A program made the translations under genes and the position numbers. Source: Schmidtea polychroa (Eukaryota). From it: DNA of 64,000 nt. Location: NCBI GenBank assembly GCA_044892525.1, contig CM097886.1:82584001-82648000 (forward strand), written 5' to 3'. A model generated the notes under the pieces. It was not told the DNA's origin. It did no database searches and saw only the letters and a list, made by a program, of their open reading frames with translations. Positions 22,701 through 35,800 of this stretch are shown here, piece after piece (positions within the stretch are counted from its first letter, which is position 1; each line of letters starts with the position of its first letter).

Positions 22701-25700
22701 TATAATACCTTCATCGCGAATGAATTATTGAGATATTCACGTGGGACTGACGAATTTTAAAAATGTGTTTTTTATTTGTCAAAACAAAACTTTCATAAAA
22801 TAATCTAAAAATGAAATTATTATTATTATTGAACTGAAACTTTTAGTCTCGAGATTCTTGGGTTTTAAAACACTTATAAATCAGTAGTAAATGCATTTTA
22901 TATAGGGAAAAATTCTAAAATATCCCTTTCAGATTTAGAAATTCCAAAAACAATTGCAGAAATTTCCATGCAAAAAGTGGAAGATTTTTTACAATAATGC
23001 ATAATATTGAATTTAACGAGGAAATGTACCATAAAGTTATTCATATAATATCTATAAAGCTGTTACATAATTAAATTTAGCACAAGGACTGCACAGTTGT
23101 GTTTGAGAAACTCCGTAATGTATATACAGAGGAAAAATATAAAATTGTACATGTATATTTATTAGGTGTTCATTTTTTATAATTATAATATTAAAATTTA
23201 ATTGCTACAATATTATTATAGATTTATCTAAATGATGTTACCAATTTGACATAAAAAATAATTAACAGAATTGCTCTGTTTCAATATTATTAAAAAATTA
23301 TAACAAAACGATAAGGCTCCAAAACCAAGATTGTTTTATTTTATTAATACATTTTCCTATGGCATCCGGACAATGACACCTGTTTTTGTATTGACCATGA
23401 TTAATCGCGGAAATTGTCACCATATAGTTCCGATTTATCTTCTATTGAGAATAGGGTATGTAAAATACAGATTAAAACGGGTAATTTTTTAAACTTAAAT
23501 TTTCTTATATTAACATAAAATATTATCAATGGCAGCAAGCATAGTTATTTAAAATGGAAATGTAAGTAGAAATGATTTGATAATATCTTGTTAATTTAAA
23601 GTAAAAGTTAAATTCAATAATAAACAAAAAGTACGCATTCATTAATAAAACAAAAAACGTTTAATTTTTTTATACATTGGGCATTGAAATATGTACTCAT
23701 TAGAAAATTTGAATCGATTTGTTGAATCTCTTGAAATTGTCCTAATTTTAGTATACATGACCTTGCTATTAAAAACGTTTTTTCAAACCCAATACTTATC
23801 GGTTTTTTTATTTTCGAAGTAGTCGAACGTTAGCGTTAAATATTTTCGCACATGTTCTTCTACGACAGTGATTTATTATTTAACACGTTTAGTTAGAATT
23901 GCGGTATTGATAGTTATTTATACGCTTTTAATTTCATTTTTCTCATTAATGGCCAATTTCAACCAATCTTACATTGTTAATGGAGGTGCTAGTTAAATAA
24001 CTTTAGATTCACCACCATCACTGAATCAACATTATTATCTAGCATAAAATTGTTCAACCATATATACTAGACAAGTGTTACTCAACCCAAAACATACTGC
24101 GTACCAAAAATCTCTATTCTTTGTACGCGGACCAATTTTATTTTTTCGCTGCTCAATATTGGGTCGCGGACAAGCGGTTGAGAAACGCTTTACTAGACTG
24201 TTTCATCTCGTCATACTTTTTGAAATCAATAAAATTTCTTTCGTAAATTAATTTTTAATTCGATGCTGAATTTCATTTTTTTGTGGGTATATGACAAAAT
24301 ATATTTACCACTATAAACATAGAAATTTATAGTCTTTAATAATTCCTTCTGTCGAAATGTATCGATCGAAATTTCCCATAATAAGAAGCCAATTCACGGC
24401 TACTGAATAGAGTACGCAGCTAATGATAATCAAATGCAATTAAGTATGTCACCGAATCCTTTTTTAATTCCGGAAGCGTTTCAACAATATCATCTATTTC
24501 TTCAGCAATTATTTTATTAATCATATCTTTGGATTTCTTTGTGTTTCTTCAGAATTTCACCGATTGATTTATCTAATTCGTCTGTAAGTACATTTCGATA
24601 AATGAAATAAATATTTATTTCATCGGATAGTTTTAAATTTGATCAAATTCACACTTATAGATGCAATTAATCCCCTTAATGTATTTGTAATATCATCAAT
24701 AATTACTGAAGTATTCATTTCACAATATGTGCAAATAAAGAAAGTAACAAATTTTATTTTTGAATATTAGAAATCACAAAAGAAAAATTAATAATAATTA
24801 ATAACAAATCAACACACACACCAACATAAAAAATACACATCGATTCACAAACAACGGTGAAACATCACTTTCAAGTCATGTGTCGAATTCTACGAGAGCC
24901 CTTCACCCAGGGCATCTTCGTCATTTTGCTATAAGGTTGATACACAAAATATTAAAGTATGGCGTATATTATTATTTTTATACAATAACTCAATTACGAC
25001 AAGCAGAATGCAGTGTACTAAACATAACTAATGGTGTGTCTCTCAGCTTAATCCTACATTTCTCATAACTGCTCCTTCTAATTTACTTTCAACTAGTTGA
25101 ATACAATTTTTAGCGTTCATGGACTCACGTGCCCGAGTAAGATCTAAGTTCCAAAACTTGTTACCCACCGATTGCACATTATTTTAACTCTTAGAATGTA
25201 AGTCTAATTTTGGTGCCTTTTTTCATATGATTTGAAATATTTATACGAATTTCATTGCTAATTATAATCCCCATATTCCATTACAGTGTTTTTTAATAGA
25301 TTTTACAGATTTCGACACAATATCGTTTAGCTGTATGACGAATGTCTCGTCACCTCTACTATTCATTTTCAATAGGTTATAATGTTGCGTCGTGTATTGG
25401 AATAAAACGTGGAATATTGTAACAATTTTAAATATAAAAAATTATTAAGCGCTAGAAATATTTTTTAAATTATGGCGAGTGACATAAAACGGATAAAATG
25501 CAGGAAGTGATTTGTCAACAGTCTTTTTGAAATAATGTATTCAAGTATCATGTGATGAACTTGTTTTTGGTGTTTTCTTTTCTTGATGAAGAAGCGAGTA
25601 TAGATGCATCTGGTTTAATCCGTTTTAAAAGATTGACTTGGTTGGTGACTTTTCAAATGAGCATGCAATCTAATAGTTAAACTCCAACAGCTTTCATTAT

Positions 25701-27457
25701 CTTTTTACAACTGTTGAATTTGGTCGAATCTTTGCCATTCCTTATTTTAGTGGATATTATAAACAAAATAAAATAGCTACTTTTTATCTAAAATAGGATA
25801 GGAAATTAAAAAAAAAATCAATTGATTGTGTACCAGATAAAATTTTTTAAAAATTTACCGTTATTCCAATTATTGACTTGTCGAAATTTGATTTGTGCTT
25901 TCATTCGGTCTAAAGTTTACACCCTCGGTACCATTTGGACTTCAGCAATGAACCTTGTACGTTCCAAATAATAAATAATTCGAGTTCTTTACAACAGCGC
26001 TTGTGCTAATTCGAAAACTTGTGATTTTAATATTATTTTTTGACCTGTCTTGAGATTGTTAACTCGTCTATCCACAGAGAAGTAGTCGATAATTGGATCG
26101 ATAAACATTTTATAGGCAAATTCAGTTTACTTGTTACCTCCTGTTCCTTCAGCGTGCTACATCAAAATGTCAATTTATTAGAAGGTGCAAAATTAGAAAG
26201 AAGCTATCATAATATTTCAATAGATTTAAGCCGTTAAATGAGTAAAGTAACCGTAATATCTCCAGAAGTCGGGTGTATAACAGGTATTTTTGTAGGGGCC
26301 ACAAAATCCATAAGTCATTTTTGCGGTCAGAGTATTGATTCGAACTCGAACTTCGGCATAAACGTCACTTATACAGGCCCATAATGCAAATCCCTAATTG
26401 AGAACATGTGGTAAGGGATATAAGGATTCCAATTATCTAACAAAAATAGCTTGTGGAATCGTTTTTGCGAAGAGTTCTAAATAATTTCCAAAATCAATAT
26501 TCAAAGACTTACAACAGTTTTCTTTAATACACATGTAACAATTTATGCTTTAAAGGAAGCTTGTGGAATCGATTGTGTAAGTATCGCTTTTAGGATTCTT
26601 TAAAATGAATAGTGCATGAAACAAGATATAAAGAAGATATATAAAAAATATAACAAAAATCAATAGTTTCCGATAATAAAGATTTTTCACCAAATAATAA
26701 TTATATTCTGTAAGAATTTACCAAAAGAAAAGATTGTAACCAGAACAAAGTTAAATAATTCCATTTTCTTTCTCCTCATATCTTTTCATAGAAGGTCATT
26801 GTCTAAAAATAGCCAGCAGTAAAAGAAATTGAAAATAGAAATATATTAATTATGAAAAGATGATAATGATCATATATCACAACGTCATATTTACTATTAG
26901 CATCGAATTAAAAGGAATTGTTTTATATCGATTTTCTGTTTTGGCTAAGTAAAATAATTTATTCTATTCATAATCGAGTTTATGATGCTATTGATCTTAT
27001 CAAATATTGCCCAGTTCTAAGCAGGCTTCCTCATATTATTAATGTAAAGAAAAATCCAAATAATCAAATGAGAAAATGTTAATCGATTAAAACAGTCATG
27101 AATTTCTGAAATTCTAGAATAATTAAATTTAGCATTTTTCTGTTGGTCAATAGATAATATTTTCATTTAAGGAGCGACACAATCTTGTGGTGTCGATGCT
27201 AACTCAAGATGTGTCAATGGTTTATGCTTTCTTTCAACCGGAAAAAATTAAACAGCAACGTTTAAAAATGACGTAAGCTTGAATTATAGGCGTAATATCA
27301 ACTTTATTGGTAATTCTATCTTAGCTTGACGGAATTGGTCGAAAATGTTAGCAAGCAGCCAATTTCTCCACATGCAAAATCCCTTGTAATGGAAATGACT
27401 TGTTCGGATGAAAACGGGGAGGATGTTGATGTTCCCTATGTCAAATACAATATTTGA
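13758..27457 (+). CDS. UBA1: Ubiquitin-activating enzyme E1, 8 coding exons
   Basis: Exons 13758-13859, 13905-15833, 21184-21447, 21506-21743, 21799-22019, 22070-22258, 27172-27272, 27325-27457. All junctions are GT-AG and phase-compatible. Motifs: [37 protein letters not shown], catalytic [25 protein letters not shown]-terminal [11 protein letters not shown]. Confidence 0.96.
16630..16713. mobile_element. pogo/Tigger-type MITE end
   Basis: Inverted repeat TTACTTCGAATATAAGCC...GGCTTATATTCGAAGTAA ending TACGGTA. Confidence 0.6.
16799..18510. mobile_element. Decayed hAT transposon with inverted duplication of its 3' region
   Basis: Minus strand reads [11 protein letters not shown] (~17485-17520) and CWLSPG (RWLSxG-like). 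16799-17144 is repeated in inverted orientation at 17948-18275. A hAT-type terminus GGGCCGCATGTGG...GTTGGACAG lies near 18470-18505. Confidence 0.75.
24073..24190. mobile_element. hAT MITE
   Basis: TIRs AAGTGTTACTCAACC / GGTTGAGAAACGCTT; 8-bp TSD TACTAGAC (24065-24072, 24191-24198). Confidence 0.85.
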
Positions 27458-27658
27458 AACGTAATTTCTAAAAAAAAATGATTATTTGTCCGAGTTTCTG
27501 TTAGTGTTTACTGTAAATTTTCATTAAGTTTATTGACCAAATAAATCATTTCAATTGTTGAATTTTTTTATTATCTTTTAACTTTTGTAAAATGAATTTT
27601 TCTCATTCTAAAAATGTGTTCATATTTATTTTATTATTTGGAATAGGAACGTGAGTGA

Positions 27659-28500
27659 TGTTGGAATTTATTAATTTGAGTCGATACTCTGACTCCTAGT
27701 ATCCCTTTAATTGAAAATCACAAATAACAAACGTATATTACATCACAAAATATTTCTCTCTACAGAAAATAATCAAAGTTTTATGAATGTGACCGATCCT
27801 CCCTCAGTGTTGATACTTTTTCAAAATCTTTATTAATATTCACTTCGTTATTGTTGCTCCTTCCAATACGTTTCACTGCACTTTGAATACCTTCTAGTCT
27901 CGAATTTCTTCTTAAAATCCTTACCTAGAGCAAAAATGCCCGCTTGTTTTGATTTCCTCCTTCCTTTTGAACTTCCAAATCGAGATGACGAATGGTTTTT
28001 TCCTAGCCAATCTCCTGATATTCGCTCCACATCCCTGCTTCGGCTATCACTAGGAATGGTCCAACAAACAAAAAAATAATTAATAATCCGCCCGGGCTTC
28101 ACTGCATGCATTATCTTCTTTTGGTATTCTACCACTAATCATAGTGACAAGATAATGGGCCTTAAATTTCCTTCTGTTTGTTTTTCTCCTTTTTTACCCA
28201 ATTTCGGTTTTCTTTCTTGTTAACATCAATCTTTTCGTTTTCTTGGTTTTCGGGCTCTTCCTCACACTTTCTGAAAATTCCATTATCACCATTTCACACT
28301 CGCTACTTACTCCATCTATCACCAATTTTCCAAATTTTAATTCGAATATTTGAATCTTTTATCGATTTTTCACAATTCACATTTTTGTGCTTTTCACATA
28401 TAATGATACACCTTATCGAACATTTGTTCTCTTTATTTCTTTAAACTATCGACTTCCTTAAAGTATAATTAATTTTAATTTTGATTATTTTATTACAACA
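27659..28500 (-). mobile_element. Solo-LTR-like element (no TSD found)
   Basis: TGTTGG at 27659, ACTCTGACTCC motif, pyrimidine-rich body, candidate end TTACAACA at 28500. Flanks GTGA and CTTA do not match. Confidence 0.55.
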
Positions 28501-28873
28501 CTTAGATGATATTATTTTTTCATAAAATGTTTTAAAAAACACAATCAACTTAAGCATCCTTCAATCATGATCCTTTCTTTGATACAATGTAACCTGATAC
28601 TGAAAAGTTTCTTTCATCTTGATGTGGGTTTTATTGTTATCAGTGCATTTTTAAAATTTTCAAGATTAGGTGTCAATTTTGTAGTGACTTCAAGTAAATT
28701 AAATTCTTTGGTTAATGTTGTAATATTATTTGCTATTGCTAGTCACTAGGGGTTAGTGGTTTCTATGCTTTTTTTGCTGCTTTTATATAGTCTTCTAACT
28801 CTTATCCTAAACATGTTTTATTATTTTCATTGCTTTCAGTTAGGAGAGCATCATCAATTTTTTTCCATTAAAT

Positions 28874-28936
28874 TTATTAAAAAGAGCTTGAAGACTATAA
28901 ATTACTGATTAATGGTCCTCAAGCTCTTTTTAATAA
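28874..28936. repeat. Palindromic (foldback) MITE, short copy
   Basis: TTATTAAAAAGAGCTTGA...TCAAGCTCTTTTTAATAA; same arms as 32939-33072. Confidence 0.7.
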
Positions 28937-29809
28937 AATTTTACAATAAGTTTTCATGTTTTTTTTCTTAAATTCTACACTTTTTTTCTTAGTTCCTTCG
29001 TAATATTTTATATTATTAAATATTTAGTTTATTTATTATTCAGATGACAGATTTTTCAAATGCGTTGTTTCTCTCTTAACTATGTTGGTGATCGCAATAG
29101 TTAAATCGCAATAGACGAATCACTTCCTGCATTTTATCCGTTTTATGTCACTCGCCATAATTTTAAAAACTAAAACTTCTTGCGTTTATCAATTTTATTA
29201 TCAATTTTATTGTACGTATTCTCAATGTGTTATATACTTTACTTTGTATTATTTGATGTATAATCATAGATTTATTCAACTTGGTGCGGTTTACAGGGTA
29301 TGCATTTCCGGCTCATTTAAACAAGCTCGCAATTTTTTGGCTTTAGCCCAATCTTTTGATGACAACCACTGGCTTATATCACCCTACCATTCTCTAACTA
29401 TGGATGTGAACTTGTCAAACAAAGATTATATACTGTTTCGAAGGGAATTAATTGAATTATTTTAGTCACAAAATATATCACTATAATGACAGCATTTAAT
29501 TTGTTGTTATTTAGCCTGGTGAAATTAAATTGTTGCTTCTTGGTTCTAATAATATTTGAAATTTGCAAATTGACGATATAAATTGTTTTTGTTGATTATT
29601 AATGCAATTTTAAATAATTTATAAATCAAAATTTTACCTCTTGTAATGTTTTTGTTAAATATAAGAATAAATCAAAATTTGAATAAGTTTTACAAAATAT
29701 TATTTAAATTTCTAACCTTTGTTTCAATCAGGTTATTTAATCAGTATTAGTTTAATACAGTTTTAATTTAAACGAGCGTTTCATCACTTTGTTATAACTA
29801 TAATTTTAA

Positions 29810-32800
29810 ATGCCATTTTGTAAAAAAAAACTTAAAGTTGATGAAAAAGCGGTTCTTAAAAAAGAAATTGGCGTTTTACAAGGTGTAAGTATAATCATTG
29901 GTGTCATTATTGGATCTGGTATTTTTGTATCTCCGGTTGGGGTTCTTAAACATACTCATTCTGTTGGCCTTTCATTTGTTATGTGGCTCTTAACAGGAGT
30001 ATTTAGTTTAATTGGTGCTTTAGTTTATGCCGAACTTGGTGTCACTATTCCTTTATCTGGTGGTGAATATATATACATTCTCAAAACCTTTGGGGGACTA
30101 TTGGCATTTTGCTGTTTATGGATAACATTTCTTTTAATTGGCGCAGCTAGTACTGCAGCAAACGCTTTCATATTTGCGCAATATTTATTAAAGCCATTAT
30201 TTTTGGAGTGTGAAATACCATCTAGTGCACAAATTTGCCTTGGTTTATTTGGAGTGTGTAAGTTTTTTTATTGGATTTTTTTGCGGTTATTAAAATTATT
30301 TAAGTCACCTTATTGGCAATCAATTGCTACAATGTCAAATGGGCTGCCAAGTTAGCAATTGTTTTTACTATTGGAAAAATATCAGCACTACTATTGATTG
30401 TTGGTTTAGGACTTTTTAATATTTTTATGGGTGAGATTTTGTTTTGATGCATTCCAAATTTTTCACTTTTGGTGAACCTTCATCCGTATCAGAAAATATA
30501 ACTCTAAAATCCATTTGGTCCAAATGTACCTATATATATATATATATATTTAAAATTATAAATTGTAATTTCACAATATTTTATATGATAATAAGTTAAA
30601 CAAGGATTTCCCAAACGGCGCCAGGTAATATTTCAGTTTTTTGTTTATATTAAGTATATATTCAAGAAAACAGTATCCAGTTTTTAAAATACAAATTAAA
30701 GATGAGAATGTTATCCTTTTTCTTTACTCAATATGAATGAGCGTATTTGTGGATTTTGCGCACTATCGTCCTGTTTGCTTTAAAATGGGATCGCCTTGTA
30801 ACTTTTTTAATCGAGACATTTAAAATAAGAGTCAAAATGTTGTTTCGTGTTTTGTAGCGAATTACGTAGTTCGTTCAATAATGCATCGGATTAACTAAGA
30901 AAGAAACACAACACAAAAACTGAAATAACTTTTATTGAACTACATCAAATACTAGTTCGAAAAACACATCTAATTATTTCTCTATATAACTACCATTGGC
31001 AACAACCAGCTTATTCCATCGAATAACCAAATGTTGAAATGTATCAGCAAAAAAACGTCCAGCAAGCTGTGCGAACCACTGTTCAACATATTGCTGGAGT
31101 GCATCTGATGTCTTTCTTCAAGTGTTTGAACAAAAAAAGTCGCTCGGAGAAAGGTCCGGGATGTAAGGTGGTTGTCGGAGAAGTCTAAAACCATTCTTTT
31201 CTGTTGAACATCGTGCAACATGACTTGCATAGACAGGAGCATTATCAACAAGGAGTCAAAGCGGAATATTTCCTGATTTCCGTTCCTCAACTAATTTGGC
31301 ATAGTATTGACCATTTATTGTTTGTCAATTAGGCAAGAAATCTAGGTGAATGAATGAACTTTTGTCCCTGTAGTGGATTGTTGTAAATAATTGTTGTAAA
31401 CAATATCCTAACTAGGTTCTGTGTTTTTTATTTATTATTGTCTCCGCAACGTCTGGGAAAGAAAACTTTAAAAAACTTTATAGCGATAATTTACTACAGT
31501 AAATTAAAAGAAACGAAAAATCAAAAAATAAAATCAACAGAATAAAGGTTGATTTAACAAAACCCAGCCGTTATCGTTGGAAAAAAACTGCTTCAAACTG
31601 CGAAAAAAGCCACAATTTTATGATGGAATGTGATTATGATTTACATCGTGGGTTTTTAACTTTTACCACATGGTAAATTTTTTGAAGGCAGGCGGGCCGC
31701 ATAAAAAGTCAACCACATTTAAAAGTATAGTTTCATTATGAAAATGAAAAATAGATTGTATATAATATATATGCAAAATGCAAAAAGTTGAGCATAAGAA
31801 AAAAATATTCGCTAAAAAATATATTTATAAATGGACTTATGTAAATGTAAATGTATATATATATATATATATACAAGTAGTACTTATGTAAAATAAAAAA
31901 ATTAAATTTTAAAATTGCATATAAACTTTATGAACTGTTTTAGTATTTTATATTTTATTAGTTATATACAATTTTTTTTTGTAAAATTCAAATCATTTGG
32001 TAGGCCACATTTTCAAACATCTTGGGTCGCGGGTTGGCCACTGCTAATCTACATGGAGTAATGGAATCACAAGAATCCAACTAAATGCCAGTGAATGTAT
32101 GATCTGAGTGTATCTTTTCAAGTTAAAAATGTAAACAAATTGAAATTTTGGGAAAAGTTAAATGCTTTCAAAGAAAAGTTACATCTTTGGTGTCGACCAA
32201 TTTTCCAATTTTCCATCACTCGTAGAAATGATTTACGACGAGTCGCTAATTTCAAGTGTGTATGAAGAAATTGAAAATTATTGGACATATTTTGGGGGGA
32301 ATAGAACTGGAAACTTCTGAAAACCGGTTTAAATACACAATGCTTCAATTTGGATAAAATCGAATGAGAATGAGCTGAAGGAATATCTTCTTGAATTGCG
32401 CACAAATCGTGTTTTTAAGATGAAGTTTAAAAGCAAAACTTTTGAACGATATTAAAGTTCGACAATGGACATGTATTCAAAACACCATTAAAAGACACTA
32501 ACTGTGATCATCCCATTCGCTACGATATACTTATACGAGTCAAGATTTAGTGCCTTTTCATTATTCAAGATAAAAACTAGAAATCGCTTAGATACTGACA
32601 GATCTGCAGATTTTGCTATCAGCAACAAGGTGCCACGTTTTAAAAAACTCTAAGCAAAAAGCAAAAACATGAGTCAATAAATTTAATTTGGTTTATGAAC
32701 ATATAAATCGTTTTGATCACGTATGTTTGTGAAAATTTAAATATTAACGTTGCATCGTAAAAATTATTATTATTATTATATTGCTGTTGTCATTTTCAAA

Positions 32801-35800
32801 AATTTAATTTGCGAAATTAATTGTAGCAGTATAGGGCACATGGAAATAAACTTTAACAAAGAAGATTTCATTGATTGTAATATAAGAACCTTTTTTTTCC
32901 AATTTCACCACTGATTATATTTGCCATTGGATTTTTTGAAAAGAGAGCTTGAAGACTATAAATCAGTAATATATCGATGTTCTTTGATACTCACAAAAAG
33001 ACAGTGCCGAAAATTCGTGAGTATCAAAAAATATCGATATATTACTGATTTATAGTCTTCAAGCTCTCTTTTTAATAAATATAAATATAATTATGTTTAA
33101 TTCCCCAAAAGAAGCTTCTCCATGTTAAATAAAAGAGATTATTGAGAGCTTCAGAATAATCGAAAGACCATTGCAGAATGGTATGACGATCCCAAAATCT
33201 ATTAAGGACTGTGAATTTGTGTACATGAGAAAAGATGCACGGAAATCATTAGAAGCTCCATATACAGGTCCGTTTCGTGTATTAGAAAAGCAGCCAAAAT
33301 ATTTCAAGCTATCGAATGGGGAGAATGTATTATTGTGATTAGAAATACATTAATCACGCGAAACCATTTTATCAAGATATTAATTTTGTTGAAATAATTA
33401 AAAATTCTCATTAAATAGATTTTTGAATTTTTTTATATCATTATGTCAAATCATAATATTTATAATATTATTATTTTTACGTTTAAATTGTTAATAAATA
33501 AATAACATATAATACTTATTAACTGCTAAATTAATTAATATATAATTTTTAAATTAAATAATTAATTTAGTAAAATTACACGCCTAATTTAACCTGAACC
33601 TTACACCATGAATGACATATATCAGGATTTATTTTGGCCAAATATGGTGCTTTAAGATTAAATTATATGAACTTTAGAATAAATATAAAATGCTATATTT
33701 CAAACAATTTTCTAATTCAAACCAATTATTTTTCCTATGTAACAAAAATTTTCGGTACTCCTTTTATCAAGTGTTATTTTCGATTTAAAAAAAATTAAGA
33801 ATTAACATAAATTCATTTTCGGTTTGTTTGTTCAAAATTTATGTGAGTTCATTATAGGACGATCAGATAGTTTCAGTGAACCATTTGTCGGCTCAAATTT
33901 CAATGCAGGATCATTATCTTTAGCTTTTTATCATGGTTTTTGGGCTTTCGCAGGCTGGTGAGTTTATAACTTGTGTTCATTGATAGCATATGTTGATAAA
34001 TTAGGAATTATTTAAATTTTCTCACTGAAGAAATGAAAAATCCTTCAAGGTATTTTAATTTATTTGCTATTGTAAATTTCTAATTGACGATATTAGATTT
34101 TAATTCGACTTAAAGTACTTCTTTTATTATATGTTTTAAATCCGAATCAACAGTTAAATCAAAATGCTTTAGATGCTTGTTCATTGATTATTCACCCTGC
34201 TTTTGATTAATCCATTTTCATTATGAAAGAGTGTAACGGAAAATATTAAAATTAATTTTAGTTTTTAAAATACATTTCGCCTGCACAAAAAATAGCGGAT
34301 TCCATTGTGCTTTGTCTCGAATATACCATTTCATAGAAGAACACAAACATTTCCCCTGTAATTTTAATTTCATGGGGCTGCATTTGAACTATTTTTGCAA
34401 ATTTTTAATCTGGAAAATCAAACCACCGAAGATATATAAAAATTATGTTTTATGAGTTATCCAAATTTTTTGATAATTAAGAAAAATTGATTGCTTAAAT
34501 TTACAATGGTACAAATATTAAAAGGCAAACAAGGAGACATACGATTTAGAATACCAATTTATGAAACTTGGCGATAAAAAAATACTGCATTAGCAATTAA
34601 ACCTATTTGAATATTTTTTGCAAACTTCTCGGATACACAGAATCCTTTTTCAAAATCTTAGCACTTAGAGGTATAATAAAAACATTCTAATTCACATTCC
34701 CAAATGTTTTAATAAACGATGGAATTTTATTATACTCACAGTAAAATCAGTTTACAAAAATAAAAACAACCAAATGAAATTTTTGAAGAAATGCAACCGA
34801 CCAAGTCAGCTACAAGCTTTTTGTAATTGTTAAAGAATGAGAACACATTTAGATTGTTTAATTCCTTCAAAATAACGTCACATGTGGAAGTTTTATATAT
34901 TTCAATAAAATCAACATATATTAAAGTTAGTAAAATACACAGGGAATTGAATGGATTTTACAATTTATTTGGGCGTTTTATTTAAATTGTATTTATTAAA
35001 AAGCTTAGCTATGAATCAGTGAATATATCAAAAAACATCGATACATTTACTGATTCATAATCAAGCTTTTTAATAAATACAATGTCAATGGAAAAAAAAC
35101 CAGTCGTGAAATTTGAAAAAAAGTTCTTATAATATTTTTATTTAAAGAGTGTATAAAATTTACTGTAAATTTATTTTTAATAAAAAATATATGAATATAT
35201 TCATAAAATTTATATTATCGTTGTTAGAACTAACGAAACGATGTCTTATTAAAATCATTTATGCATAATAATTATGCATAGTAAATTTAATTTAATTAAA
35301 GTTTTTGGGAAATATGCGCTTAAAATGTTGCGTGCCTGTAAAAAATTCAAATTGATTGCATCATAAAAAATGTTAAATACAAAATTCCAACGGTGCTGAT
35401 ATAAATTTGGTTGTAAATGCAAAATGTAAATGATTTAAATTTGCTTATATCGCTTTTATTTGACAGTGTTTTAAATGACTATAAATAACACCATCCCATT
35501 TCCAATCTAAATGTATCTTAAAATGTGCTTTATCGCTGAAAATTGCAGAAAATTTATTCAATCTTGATTGGGTAACTCACTGTTTATAATTTTTAACATT
35601 CATTATATTAATAAAAATAATAAATAAATAATAATAATAATTTTGCAATTACCAGAGTAATATTTTGTGAAATTTCTTATTCAAAATTGAAAAAATTTAT
35701 ATTAAATAATGTTAACACAAATTTTGAATAAAATTCGCACATCTTTCAATTTTTTCTAAAAATGAAATAAATTCTACTGTTATATTTATATTTTTTAAAA

